Positions 1 to 10,385 are shown, numbered from the stretch's first letter. The stretch: DNA of 64,000 nt from an uncultured Planctomycetales bacterium (GCA_963710365.1 CAVQAC010000015.1:496125-560124); one strand, 5' to 3'. The notes: generated by a model not told the origin, from the sequence alone. A program made the numbers and translations.

Positions 1-633
1 GTCGCCGTGGGGCCGGCACTAATACTCAACAACGGCGGCTACCAAACCGGAGCGGCGGGGTTCGATATTGCCCTGCACACCATTTTTAACTATTTCTTCT
101 TTCTAGCCCGAGTGTTCCCTCATCGCTTTCCCGGCCTTTATCTGTCCCAGCGGGCATTCGCCGGCCACGCAGAAGCGGTCCGGGTGGATTGGCTGTGCGG
201 AGCCGCCATGCTCGTTCGCCGGGCCCCCCTCGTCGCGGTCGGCGGATTCCCCAGCGATTATTTCATGTATGCGGAGGATATTCGCGTTTGTCGATCGCTG
301 AGGCAGGCCGGCTACTGTGTCAAATACGTGCCGCGGGCGAGACTGCTGCACCATCATGGAGGCAGCGAGGGATCAGGAACTCCCAAGACACGTTGGCTGG
401 AATCCACGCTTGCCGAATGCAGCACCGTCATGACTCCTGCTCGATCGTTCCTGGCAAGAATAATATTTGCCACTGGATTTCTCATGAGATCATGCATCTA
501 TGGGGTAATGTCATTGGTTCGGTCTAGTCCCGGCACTCGAACGTCCTCGCGGAGAATGTGGCTCTTTTTCAAGGCGACGGTCGCCTACCGTCCAGCCGCC
601 AGGAAGTTCTCTAACGTCCCAAGTGCTCGCTGA
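1..633 (+). CDS. Glycosyltransferase family 2, C-terminal portion (5' end outside window)
   Basis: The frame is open from nt 1 to the stop at 631-633. 'VDWLCGAAMLVRRAPLVAVGGFPSDYFMYAEDIRVCRSLRQAGYCVKYVP' is the typical GT2 C-terminal block with the xED motif. Confidence 0.75.
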   Translation, partial: VAVGPALILNNGGYQTGAAGFDIALHTIFNYFFFLARVFPHRFPGLYLSQRAFAGHAEAVRVDWLCGAAMLVRRAPLVAVGGFPSDYFMYAEDIRVCRSLRQAGYCVKYVPRARLLHHHGGSEGSGTPKTRWLESTLAECSTVMTPARSFLARIIFATGFLMRSCIYGVMSLVRSSPGTRTSSRRMWLFFKATVAYRPAARKFSNVPSAR

Positions 634-713
634 CGTTGCGCATTTGGTGCCCGAGTGTTTCCGGTCCTGAGATGCGACGTCAATCGACGCGTTTCCGAAG
701 TGGGCGGGATTGA

Positions 714-1701
714 CTACGGGCAGACTCGCTTGCGGCGCAGCCAGATGCTCCCTCCTGGGTCTTTCAGGCAGAGAGGCATGTTTTTCTCAAACCAGTCGCG
801 ATGGCAGGTCTCGAGGAAGGTGTTGAAAAGGACGATTTCAAAGTCCGAGTTGAATTGCAGGAACGCTCGCAGCAGATACGCTTCATTCCAGCCACGGCCC
901 TCGAGAATCCAACTTTCCGGATAACGGAACGGATAGAAGATGTCGTGGAAGTGGACGTAAACTCCTGGCTGCAGGAGCGGGAGGATCTCGAAAAATAGAT
1001 AGTTGACGTCGCTGTCGATCTTTGAAACGTGCGTGGAATCGATGAATAAAACGTCGTTCGCTTGCAGTGAGGCGAACGCCCCTAGGGGCACCTCCTGGAG
1101 CGGTGAGGAAATGATCTGAACGCTTGCAAAGTCTTCGGTCTTCAACAGCGAACGTAGCAATTGCGGGTAAGGCTCGATGAATGTGCATTGCAGGCGACGA
1201 TCGAGCCAGAACTCGTTCGTATCCAGAGTCAGTGCCGAAGTGAAACCCGAGCCTGCCTCGATCAATCTTTGCGGCCGCAAATGCCGCAGCATACAGTGCA
1301 GGAAAATACCGTCCGAGTACGAATAGCTCGGGTTCTCGAAATAATAACGCCGCCCAGGCCGCGGGGTTGTCGGCAAGTCGAGTTCCTCGTAGTAGCGCTT
1401 GAGTTCTTCGGCTAGCGCGCTAACTGCTGCGACTCGCCGGATCGATGCCGGCGGGAAAAATCGTCGGCTCGGCGAAAACAATGTCGCGGCGGCGAATTAC
1501 GTCGCGCAGATTCGCCGTGGGCGAGTAGAAGTGGCCGGGTGGCATGTATTCGACATGCTCGCCGGTAAACAGCGAGCGTGCGTGCGCAGCCATGCCGCGC
1601 ACCGCGGAGAGGACGCGCCGAGGTACAAGCCGCCGTAGTGCTTTCTTCAACATGAAACAGGCTGCCTGACGTTCTAGCAGAGTCTTTCGGCTGAGACGCA
1701 A
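714..1701 (-). CDS. Class I SAM-dependent methyltransferase (polysaccharide-locus type), one frameshift near 1440
   Basis: ORF 1420..1701 ('MPPGHFYSPTANLRDV...FPAGID') and ORF 714..1481 ('RRVAAVSALAEELKRYYEELDLP...LIEAGSGFTSALTLD...LFIDSTHVSK') join into one family-typical protein after a 1-nt correction. Confidence 0.7.
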
Positions 1702-1874
1702 AGAAACAAGCCACTGCCGCGCACTGACTCGGACCGGCGGCGCATCGTTCGTCGACGGCGCTGCACAACCGTTCCGGCCAACTGCGTAGCCGGCGTCCAG
1801 GCACTATGCTAATTCGTCAGGAGCATAACGCAAGACCGGCGAATCGATGGACTTGATAGGTCGCGGCTGAAAGG

Positions 1875-3272
1875 TTATTTGGTAGAGCCGACGATCGACA
1901 AGGCGTTGAACGAGAGAAAGTTTATGGCGAAATTCCCGGCCACTTCCCCCGGCTTGTAGTACAGCATCACGACGTCTTCCGGTTGAATGATGATCCGTTC
2001 ACGGCAATCCGTCTTCATGCGCTTCAGATCGACTCTAATTTCAATCTGCTCGCAGTTGGGTAACTTGCGGAGAATCAGCACGCGCGTTGGAGGGATGATC
2101 GCGCCGGGGTTGTAGAGCCCGCGGAAGTTGAGCGTATTTGCGTTTGGCCCGCCGGGGGGGCCACCGGTCGAACCCGTGGCGAGCGCTAAGGCACCGATGA
2201 CATCGACGTCGTAATCCCGTGGCAAGGGAACCTGCCCGCCGGGCAACAGACCTCCACTGTAGAAGAATTCCGTCTGGCGCGTTTCGACGTACACGACGTC
2301 GCCAGTCTCCAAAACGATGTCCGTGGGGCCGAACGGCAACGGATCGTTGGGGCAGCCGCGCAAAGGAATGCGGACTGCGGAACGATTCACTTTGACCTGG
2401 CTTACCACGGTTTCCAACGACTCCCCGGTATCAACTCGCTGCTTAATGGCCTCCATCGCGTTCGGATCAGCCGTTCGAGCCCGGAAAATCCAGACTGTGC
2501 TGAATGCATCGACGCCGGGCAACCCGCCGGTCGTCGCCAGCGCATGGAGCACGTCATTCTCAAAAGCCGGCAAATCGATGACACTCGCCGTTCCGCGCCG
2601 CGTTAGCAGCGCCGCATTTCCTTGCGGTTGGAATGTCGGCTGAAAGGGAATATCGTCGCGCAATACGATGACCCGCTGTGTGCGCGGCCTGATGAGCGTG
2701 ACCATGATTCGTTCTCGGCCTTGCTCGAGAATGTGACGTTTGACCGAATACTCTTGCCGGATCGCCTCGACCGCCTGGGTGAGCGTAAGTCCAGCGAGCT
2801 TGATCGGTGGAACCAGCGGCAGTTGAACGGCGCCTTCGGAGTTGATCTCCATCGGAAGACCGACCGCCGGGGAATTGACCATACCGCGAGGGGGATAGTA
2901 ATCGGTTTGCGTCAGCACCGGCAGGTTCAAGATGTTTGGTTCTTGCCTGACATTAGTCGTGGGAACGATGTCCTGGATGTAGATACCCACAATGTCTCTT
3001 ACACCGATGATATAGACGCTGGGTGGCTGTTGCCGCAGAAGCGCAAAGTCGATCGGCACTCGCGACGACCGCGAAGGAGGCTGGAATTCCGGAGGCAACC
3101 GGCTGGCTGGAATCGCCCGGCTGGAAACCGACATGCAGAAGCAGCCGCCGGCAACCAAAGATACGACGAGCGCAGCCAATACACAGTTGTAACGCCGCAG
3201 CCCGCGGGCTCGCCTGAGCATCGTTTCCGATTCGATTTGGTGTCGATCAGCAATCATTCGTTGGGAATCCAT
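1875..3272 (-). CDS. Polysaccharide export protein (Wza-like, Poly_export/SLBB-type)
   Basis: 465-aa ORF with N-terminal anchor 'VLAALVVSLVAGGC'. Blocks 'INSEGAVQLPLVPPIKLAGLTLTQAVEAIRQEY', 'DIVLETGDVVYV' and 'IIIQPEDVVMLY' are typical of polysaccharide exporters. An alternative start lies at 3221. Confidence 0.8.
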   Translation of the reverse strand: MDSQRMIADRHQIESETMLRRARGLRRYNCVLAALVVSLVAGGCFCMSVSSRAIPASRLPPEFQPPSRSSRVPIDFALLRQQPPSVYIIGVRDIVGIYIQDIVPTTNVRQEPNILNLPVLTQTDYYPPRGMVNSPAVGLPMEINSEGAVQLPLVPPIKLAGLTLTQAVEAIRQEYSVKRHILEQGRERIMVTLIRPRTQRVIVLRDDIPFQPTFQPQGNAALLTRRGTASVIDLPAFENDVLHALATTGGLPGVDAFSTVWIFRARTADPNAMEAIKQRVDTGESLETVVSQVKVNRSAVRIPLRGCPNDPLPFGPTDIVLETGDVVYVETRQTEFFYSGGLLPGGQVPLPRDYDVDVIGALALATGSTGGPPGGPNANTLNFRGLYNPGAIIPPTRVLILRKLPNCEQIEIRVDLKRMKTDCRERIIIQPEDVVMLYYKPGEVAGNFAINFLSFNALSIVGSTK

Positions 3273-3309
3273 TCACGATTCGATGAAAGGCGTTCGTTCG
3301 CGCCCCTCC

Positions 3310-4032
3310 TCAATATATTTTGCGTGTAGTATCGCTGTCATTGCAAACTGGCAGTCGTTCCACGGTCAGATCAACGGGGGGCATCAATTTCGCCTGCGGC
3401 CCAAAGGGCGCTTCGAACATTGGCCCGCCGGGGTTCGGAACGGTGTTGGCCGGAGGCAATTCAAAACGTTGATCGCTAGGCGAGGCATCGATGGGCGACG
3501 TATTCATGTTTCGACCGGCGCCGGGCGGCAGAGTTTCTGGTGCCATCGCTGGCGGATACAGGTCCGCTGGCGGCGCGGCGACTTGCGACATCGGGGGAGT
3601 CTGAGCGGCCGAAAAATCGTGCGTGCCAGAATCATGCAGATCTGGCGGATTATGGCATTGAGTGCCAGGTGGGCGCAGGTAATGGTACTGGCCAACTCCT
3701 GCCCGCGCCGCACTGGCGGCGCCTTCCTGAAACCCCGCATACCAGGCCGCAACGGCTTCCTGCCCTTTGCACGATTGGTATTTCGGATGCCAATACTGCC
3801 TGGGCGGAACGGACGGGGGATGCCCGCTGCCGCCGGTCGCCACGCAAAGGTATCCTTCTTTCCAACCGTGTCCGTAGTCCGACGGACAGGCGATACGCAA
3901 AGGATTCTTGGTATAATCGGCCCAAGCCAACTCCGAGCGCATTCCGTTGGCAGTTCGATACTCCCAATCCTGGTATGCAGCGCAGCCCGGAAGGAGAAAC
4001 ATTATCGATATTGTCGCTAATACGGCTCGCAT
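3310..4032 (-). CDS. Lipoprotein of unknown function
   Basis: ATG at 4032 gives 'MRAVLATISIMFLLPGC' (lipobox). The C-terminal half is Pro-rich. It is co-oriented immediately upstream of the exporter gene. Confidence 0.6.
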   Translation of the reverse strand: MRAVLATISIMFLLPGCAAYQDWEYRTANGMRSELAWADYTKNPLRIACPSDYGHGWKEGYLCVATGGSGHPPSVPPRQYWHPKYQSCKGQEAVAAWYAGFQEGAASAARAGVGQYHYLRPPGTQCHNPPDLHDSGTHDFSAAQTPPMSQVAAPPADLYPPAMAPETLPPGAGRNMNTSPIDASPSDQRFELPPANTVPNPGGPMFEAPFGPQAKLMPPVDLTVERLPVCNDSDTTRKIY

Positions 4033-4373
4033 GCGCGGCACCTGTCCGTGGAGTCGGCATTCTCTCGTCCACCTTTGCCCCGGACATCCGGTGCCCGGTG
4101 CATGCACTGTCTAATCCGCGGCATGCCGACAATAGGTAGTTGCCTGAGATCCAAATCGGAACGAACTTGCGCTCGGCCAAGAAAATGTTGCAGCGTTGAT
4201 ATAACCGCTATCAAGCGGTCTATTTGTGCCCCGACAGGTCCGCTTTGGTGGAATTTTCCATACCTTCGAACCAAGCCGGCAGAAACGCACGACGTGGATT
4301 GCCAGAGCATTGGAGCTAACCGAACAGGTCGCCTGGTTCCTCAGAAACCAGTTCGGTTGGCCAGGGACCGATT

Positions 4374-5411
4374 TCAGTCCGTTGCTGGCAGCAGTTTGCG
4401 ATCGATGATTGCGTCCAAGGCTTCGGTGAGGTGATCGTAAAAACCTCCGGACCAACCCTGCGCAAGCGCGAAAGAATCCAGCTTTTCGATAGGGAATCTG
4501 GCTCGAGCGCGAACGGTGGTGCGCCGCGTTACTCCCTCGGCGGGAAGCAGGTTGGCCAGGCGGTATTCGGTGAATCGGATTGTCCCGCGAATTCCGCATT
4601 CTTCAGGGCGCTTGGGAAAAGTGAAAGGGCGAAGGTAATTCAGTACCCGGCGCCCCTCTGAGGTCGCAAAGGCGTGCAATTCCAACCCGTCACCGGCCGG
4701 GCGCCCCCTGATAAAAATGAACTCGTAAATGGGCTTGGCTTGCTTGGCATACAGCCCGTTTTCGACCGTCATCATCAGGCTTTTATGAATCATGACGAGC
4801 GTCCGATATGTCTCCGGGCTTTGTGGAGCGTTCGTCGGCACGAACAACCCCAGGCTGCGCATGTTCTGAACCGAATCGCTTACCAGTTCGGTGAATTCTT
4901 TCGTAAGCCTCGGGCCGCCGAATTCTGCCGTGGCTGCCAGCGGACGATGATGTAGATAACATTCCCGGCTATCGAGATCTCGCAATACCCGCACTTCGAC
5001 GCATACATAGTGCGCTCCCAGGTACTCCAGAATCTTCCCGCGCGTCAACGTCGGCAAGTCGGAACGATCCTCATCAGCCATATCAGTGCCGACGCTGAAT
5101 GTCGCTCGTCGCGAAGCCGGGATGGGAAACTCGCTGCCACCCGAAAGCCGGTCGCCCAGAAGCTCTGGGATAAAGCTCGACATTTCCAGCGATTCACCGC
5201 TGGCCAGGTGTTCGCAGGACTGCCCACGGTTCCGTTCGTGAGCCGCGATGATCTCGGCCTCGGTTCGAGGGACCGATCGCAGCGTCTTGATTCCGGCAAA
5301 AGTGTCGTCCGCGATGCATGGAACGACCAGGTTCGAACTCATTACGACAGTGAGGAAAAACAGCGATGCCGCTCGGCGGAGAGTCGAGATGGTTCGAAGC
5401 ACAGCAGTCAT
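4374..5411 (-). CDS. Secreted/membrane-anchored hypothetical protein
   Basis: ATG at 5411 gives 'MTAVLRTISTLRRAASLFFLTVVMSSNLVVPCIA', which is signal-like. I recognise no family motif. The ORF-track start at 5447 is a TTG. Confidence 0.55.
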   Translation of the reverse strand: MTAVLRTISTLRRAASLFFLTVVMSSNLVVPCIADDTFAGIKTLRSVPRTEAEIIAAHERNRGQSCEHLASGESLEMSSFIPELLGDRLSGGSEFPIPASRRATFSVGTDMADEDRSDLPTLTRGKILEYLGAHYVCVEVRVLRDLDSRECYLHHRPLAATAEFGGPRLTKEFTELVSDSVQNMRSLGLFVPTNAPQSPETYRTLVMIHKSLMMTVENGLYAKQAKPIYEFIFIRGRPAGDGLELHAFATSEGRRVLNYLRPFTFPKRPEECGIRGTIRFTEYRLANLLPAEGVTRRTTVRARARFPIEKLDSFALAQGWSGGFYDHLTEALDAIIDRKLLPATD

Positions 5412-5686
5412 GATTTGCAACGAAATTATCGGAACGACAACGGCCAATGATCGTCCCTTTCATTATCCTTGAGTGAACATACGGCGTCTATCAGCCAAAA
5501 ATCGTTTTCTCGCTGCTCTGGGCGGCTTATGCTATATGGGGGCGCACTGCGAGCGGGACGCATTGGTAGGAAAATCTCCGACAGATCGCGCAGCATTTAC
5601 CGAATTGCCGCTCCAAAACGTCTGCGGACTTTCCAAATCTGATCGATTTCAAACCACCTTGATTCAAGCATTGGAACAACCCTGGC

Positions 5687-7085
5687 GTGTGGTGGCTGTT
5701 CGCACTGATTTTGACGACCTGGGATCTTTGGGCAACGATCCGCGTGGGTCGCCGTTACGCTTTAGGGTCAACCGTCCTCTTATCATTGCTGGTTCCGAGT
5801 TGGCTGCAATTGCCGATCGGCGGTTTACCGATCGACTTGCGAATCACAAGCTCCGCGATTGCCCTGATCGTTTTTTGCCTCCACCCGCGAACCCGTTGGC
5901 GAGGACCGCTCGTCGGGACCGACCTGCTTCTGGCTGGTTTGGTCGTGTTGCATGTCGTCTCAGATTCGATCAACGACGGATTTCAATGGCTGCTTTTGCT
6001 GCGGGCGTACGGCGAATGGGTACTGCTCTATGTCGCCGGACGCTTCGCAATCCAGGAGACGTCGGATCTCAAGCGATTGCTGCCGATTGCTTGCTCGATT
6101 TCCGCGCTGTTGGGGCTGTGGTCGGTCGGTGAAGCTGTTTCGCACATCAACCCCGTTGATCTGATCGTGGGACAGCATCGCGATGCCCCCGAGTTGGCAG
6201 ACGCAGTGCGCTTTGGCTTGAAACGCGCTCTGGGACCGGTCCAGCATCCCATTTTCTTCGGGCTCCTGCAGGTGCTCTTATTCCCCTGGACTCTGGAAGC
6301 CGCGGCGCGGCCGGGACCATGAGGGCCCCGGCTGGTGGCGAATTACGCCTTGGGCAAGTGCCGCGGGCATTTTGGCCACCGTTTCGCGTGGACCTGCACT
6401 GGCGCTCTGCGTCCAGCTTTACTTTACGGCTTTGTTGACGGCGCCGCGTTGGCGGCGAGGGCTCCTGGCTGCCGGAATTTGCGTCGTTTTACTCGCCGCC
6501 CTCCGCTACGAGGCTGTTCTTAGCGGACTGTACTTCTGGTCCGGAGAAGTCAGCCGCGAAACGAATCCGAAAATCGTCGTCGACGGAAAACAAGTCGAGT
6601 ACAACGGCACAATGCATAGGTTGATGATTTGGAGAGTGTATCTTCGGGCAATGCAGCGTGCGAGTTGGCTGGGATTCGGTACGGAACGCACGAGTGGATT
6701 TCCGGTGCGCGTCCCCTTCGGACCGGAAGATCAGCAGACGCTGAAGAGTCTGCGGTACGTCGACAATGCCTACATTCTGATGGACCTGCGGTTTGGCCTG
6801 CTGGGAGTATTGTGCTTGTTGGCGCTATTGGCTTCTGTAATCGCCGACTTCCTGATTGCGTGGCGTGATCCTGCAAATTCCGGTGAGCTGCTCTGTGCGG
6901 GGCTGGCCTCGGGAGTTTTCGCCTTGATGCTGGCCTTGCTGACGGTATGGTTGCCGCACGACTTCTGCGCGTTGTTTCTCTGGACCGCCGGCGTCGGCAG
7001 TGGGCTTCGCGCTGCGCCGGCCGTCACGCATCGAACGCGTTCTTCACGTCGCCCATCGCATCGCGGTACTCTCACGAAGGAATAG
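5687..7085 (+). CDS. O-antigen ligase/polymerase-like membrane protein (Wzy_C type), one frameshift near 6310
   Basis: ORFs 5687..6322 and 6372..7085 are both polytopic. The second frame, read upstream of its first start codon, gives 'WASAAGILATVSRGPALAL'. A later 'VDNAYILMDLRFGLLG' matches the conserved SRG and HN.Y motifs of the family. Confidence 0.7.
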
Positions 7086-7087
7086 AT

Positions 7088-7852
7088 ATGATCGATTTGT
7101 CGAACCGTGTCGCGCTGGTGACCGGTGCTTCCCGTGGAATCGGTCGAGCCTGCGCACTGCGCCTGGCAGAGGCTGGAGCGGATGTGGTCGTCAATTTCGT
7201 ATCGTCGCAAGCGGCGGCCGAACAGGTTGGCGCAGAAATCGCGTCGCTGGGTCGCCGAGCGATCGTCATAAAAGCGGATGTCAGCGAGCGCGAGGACATT
7301 GATGCCATGGTCGGCATGATTGGCGACCAGTTTGGTCAGCTCGACATTCTCGTCAGTAACGCCGCGAGCGGTGGTTTTCGGCCTTTACTCGAAGCAACCC
7401 CCAAGAACTTCGAAGCCGCGATGAGGATTAACGCGCTGGCTCTAGTCAACCTGGTTCAGGCTTCCATGTCGTTGCTTGAGCGGCCGCATCGCCGCGCGAA
7501 AGTCGTCGCCATGTCCAGCCACGGCTCTCATCGCGCCCTGCCCGCCTATGGGCTGATTGGTGCATCCAAAGCGGCCTTAGCCAGCCTGGTTCGTCATCTG
7601 GCCCTGGAAATCGGCCATCGAGGCGTGAATCTGAATGTGCTTGAATCGGGCTTGGTCGAGACCGATTCGACGCGCCAGATGCCCGGTGCCCAGCAGATGT
7701 TCGCTGCGAGCAGCAGCCATGCCCTGGTTGGCGATCGCGTCTTGAATGCCAAGGACGTCGCCGACGCGGTCCTGTTTCTCAGCAGCCCCTTAAGCGACGC
7801 GATTCAGGGCCAGACCATCATTGTGGACGGCGGTGCGTCGGTTCGAATCTAA
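7088..7852 (+). CDS. SDR-family oxidoreductase, FabL-like enoyl-ACP reductase
   Basis: ATG at 7088. 'VALVTGASRGIGRACALRLAEAGADVVVNF', 'NAASGG', 'YGLIGASKAAL' (YxxxK) and the C-terminal 'GQTIIVDGG' resemble Bacillus FabL. Confidence 0.75.
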   Translation: MIDLSNRVALVTGASRGIGRACALRLAEAGADVVVNFVSSQAAAEQVGAEIASLGRRAIVIKADVSEREDIDAMVGMIGDQFGQLDILVSNAASGGFRPLLEATPKNFEAAMRINALALVNLVQASMSLLERPHRRAKVVAMSSHGSHRALPAYGLIGASKAALASLVRHLALEIGHRGVNLNVLESGLVETDSTRQMPGAQQMFAASSSHALVGDRVLNAKDVADAVLFLSSPLSDAIQGQTIIVDGGASVRI

Positions 7853-7918
7853 TCGCGTCGCGATCGGGCGTAATCGCGACGGAACCAGCCGGTTCGGCCA
7901 CCGTCGCGGGCATACCGA

Positions 7919-8626
7919 TCAAGACTTCGAGTTGGGTGGTGCCGACTCCAAGAAATCATCGAGCATCGCTTCTCGCGTCGCCCCCTTCTCATTCGCCTGC
8001 CAGATTTTCCCTGATTCGACGTCGAGACACGTCAACCACCCATTGCCATAGACCCAAGTATCAATGCAAACGGCGTAGCCCAGATTCCGTGGGACGCCAC
8101 TTCGCTGGTGGGTGTGGCCGCAAACCATGACTTTGCCGGAACAGTGCGGTCGCACGTGGGTGAATTTCTCCCATCGCAAGGTGCGCGCGGACTGCTGACC
8201 TAGCGGTAGCCTCGCGTCTACGCTGCCATGCACGAAGAAGTGCGTGTCCGTCTCGAAATAATCGACGCAGATTTCTTGAAGGAACGTCCAGTGCTGCTCT
8301 GGGATCGCATGCAGATCAGAACCCAAGCCAGCCCGGGCGTAGCTATCCAACGTTTCCTTCCCTCCGAACGCTAGCCACTCTTGCAAGGTGCTGAGATCCT
8401 CGCGCACGTCCAACAGCATTTCCTCATGGTTGCCGCTGATCGCGATCAGCCTTCCGCTGCGATGCACTTCCAACAACCGTTCGAGCACACCGCACGAATC
8501 GGGACCACGATCTATATAATCCCCTAGCGTTATGATCCAATCATTGGTTGCGGGCGCAACGAGCGACAGCAGCGTGTCCCAGGCACGAAGACAGCCATGG
8601 ATGTCACCGATTGCTAGAACCCGCAT
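7919..8626 (-). CDS. Metallophosphoesterase, Ser/Thr protein phosphatase family
   Basis: The motif series 'MRVLAIGDIHGC', 'LGDYIDRGPDS', 'GNHE' and 'VCGHTH' matches the PPP/ApaH-like metallophosphatase signature. Confidence 0.85.
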   Translation of the reverse strand: MRVLAIGDIHGCLRAWDTLLSLVAPATNDWIITLGDYIDRGPDSCGVLERLLEVHRSGRLIAISGNHEEMLLDVREDLSTLQEWLAFGGKETLDSYARAGLGSDLHAIPEQHWTFLQEICVDYFETDTHFFVHGSVDARLPLGQQSARTLRWEKFTHVRPHCSGKVMVCGHTHQRSGVPRNLGYAVCIDTWVYGNGWLTCLDVESGKIWQANEKGATREAMLDDFLESAPPNSKS

Positions 8627-8820
8627 CAGAAACCTATGCTATTTCCCATGGACACCGCGCCCGACAAGAATTGAAATGTCGGGGTGGTGCTCCGAAGCAT
8701 CATTCGCGAGACTTCGAGGTGCGTCTTCTGCAAAGAGTTCGTCGGAATTCGAAGTTCGCGCCGTTCAACGACTACTTGAATCATAACCTCGACATCGCGA
8801 TTTGTGAGCGCCGCATTCAA
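8626..8820 (-). CDS. Small hypothetical ORF (uncertain)
   Basis: TTG-start 64-aa ORF whose TGA (8628-8626) overlaps the phosphatase ATG (8626-8624). No recognised family. It lies in lower-GC DNA next to the recombinase relic. Confidence 0.25.
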   Translation of the reverse strand: MNAALTNRDVEVMIQVVVERRELRIPTNSLQKTHLEVSRMMLRSTTPTFQFLSGAVSMGNSIGF

Positions 8821-9055
8821 AGCAAGGGCGTCATTCGGATCAGGTTCGTACGGCTCGATTCGAAACGTGGGGCGTCACGATCAGCCTGGACGGATCCCGA
8901 CAGGTTCACTACGGCGAACGAGTGGAATACGTGCTTCGTCCGTCAAGGCAAGTCGATGAACACGCCAAGTACCACGCGGAATAGGTGCTTCTGGTGTCGT
9001 GATCCGAGTTGGCACGGATGCAAATAATCGTTCGTTCAATCCGTCATTCCAAGAA

Positions 9056-9585
9056 TTAACGAATTTGCAGGACTGTTGAATTCGCTGGAGGATGTCGTCC
9101 GAATCGATCGACTTGTCTTAATGGCTGGCTTGCAAGTTCGATCTGCCAATCATCGGCCTGCACTGGCGGACGCCCAACCCTTTCGGCCCAGGGCGCGGGC
9201 GGTAGCCAGTCCAGCATTTGTCCGCTCTTGAATAAGACGGCGCTCGAAATGTGCCAGCGTCGAAAACACAAAAACGTTCAACGCGCCAGCACGCGGTGGC
9301 CCTATTAATCGCCCGTCGCAGACGGAACGGAAGCCGATATGTCAATTGCGCAACCCGTCGATCAGCGTCAAGAGGTGCCGCACCGATCTGCCACGCGGAT
9401 CCAGTCGTCGGACGAATAAGACATTCCTCGCACGAAGCTGCGTGAGGCAAGTGTCGAATCCGGAACGTTGGCGTTTTGCGCCCGAGCCTTTTCGGTGAAG
9501 ATCAACTCCGAGGCGACCTTTCTACTCTACTTCGGAATCTCGACATTGCTGTTTTCAACCATTCCGATAAAGGGCCGACCGGGCT
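9056..9585 (-). pseudogene. Serine recombinase (resolvase/invertase) relic
   Basis: The minus strand reads 'SGAKRQRSGFDTCLTQLRARNVLFVRRLDPRGRSVRHLLTLIDGLRN*HIGFRSVCDGRLIGPPRAGALNVFVFSTLAHFERRLIQERTNAGLATARALGRKG', then a 1-nt shift to 'GRPPVQ...'. In-frame stops lie at about 9555-9557, 9522-9524 and 9342-9344. The catalytic 'RVS' position reads 'RNG'. Confidence 0.75.
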
Positions 9586-9698
9586 GGCAGTCCGCTGGCG
9601 CACCCCACGGCCCAACAGCGGTTCTCCCATGCCTCGGGGGTTGGCAGTTGAGAAAATTCCTTTCCAGATCCGTCTAGCGGAGCCGGGAGATGGATCTG

Positions 9699-9725
9699 TA
9701 TAATCGTTAGACTGACCAGTCAGTC
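9699..9725 (+). promoter_or_regulatory. Putative -10 box plus palindromic TetR operator
   Basis: TATAAT at 9699-9704 is followed by the perfect inverted repeat GACTGAC-CA-GTCAGTC at 9710-9725, about 20 nt upstream of the TetR start at 9744. Confidence 0.5.
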
Positions 9726-9743
9726 AGCCTCTGGAGTCCCCCA

Positions 9744-10385
9744 TTGAACTCTGAATCTGGCGTCACCGATGCCAAAGCCGACCGAAGCGCGGAGCGTCGC
9801 GAGGAAATCCTTGAGGCCGCAACGAAACTCTTTGCCGAGCATGGCTTTGCGGATACAGATACCCAGCAACTAGCAGATAAGCTTGGCGTCGGGAAAGGCA
9901 CTCTCTACCGCTACTTCCCGAGCAAACGCGAGCTGTTTTTGGCGGCCGCCGATCGGGGGATGCGCAAACTCTGCGCCTATATTGACGCCAGTATGGCCGT
10001 GATCGAAGACCCGCCCGAACGGATCGCCGAGGTGGTGCGTTCGTATCTGACATTCTTTGCCGACCACCCGGAACTGTGCGAACTGCTGATTCACGAGCGG
10101 GCTCTGTTCAAGGACCGCAAGAAGCCAACCTACGTCGAGCACCGCGAAGCGAACCGTGAGCGACTGCGGTCTCTCTATAGAACCTATATCGCCGAAGGTC
10201 AGATTCGCGACATCCCAGTTGACCAATTGCTCGATGTCCTCGGGGATCTCCTCTACGGAACCATGTTCACGAATTACTTTTCCTGCCGGAACGTCTCCGT
10301 TGAGGAACAGGCCCAGGGCATCTTGAACATCTTATTTCACGGCATCCTCAGCGACGTGGGGAGGCAGCGGAGGCCGCCGGGATGA
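9744..10385 (+). CDS. TetR/AcrR-family transcriptional regulator
   Basis: 'RREEILEAATKLFAEHGFADTDTQQLADKLGVGKGTLYRYFPSKRELF' is the TetR HTH signature. The stop overlaps the next ATG (ATGA at 10382-10385). Confidence 0.9.
   Translation: MNSESGVTDAKADRSAERREEILEAATKLFAEHGFADTDTQQLADKLGVGKGTLYRYFPSKRELFLAAADRGMRKLCAYIDASMAVIEDPPERIAEVVRSYLTFFADHPELCELLIHERALFKDRKKPTYVEHREANRERLRSLYRTYIAEGQIRDIPVDQLLDVLGDLLYGTMFTNYFSCRNVSVEEQAQGILNILFHGILSDVGRQRRPPG

Noticed and set aside
5473-6132. 219-aa plus-strand ORF
   Set aside because: It overlaps the ligase-like gene out of frame. Its composition is Arg-rich and non-membrane, and the ligase-like protein is already full length from 5687.
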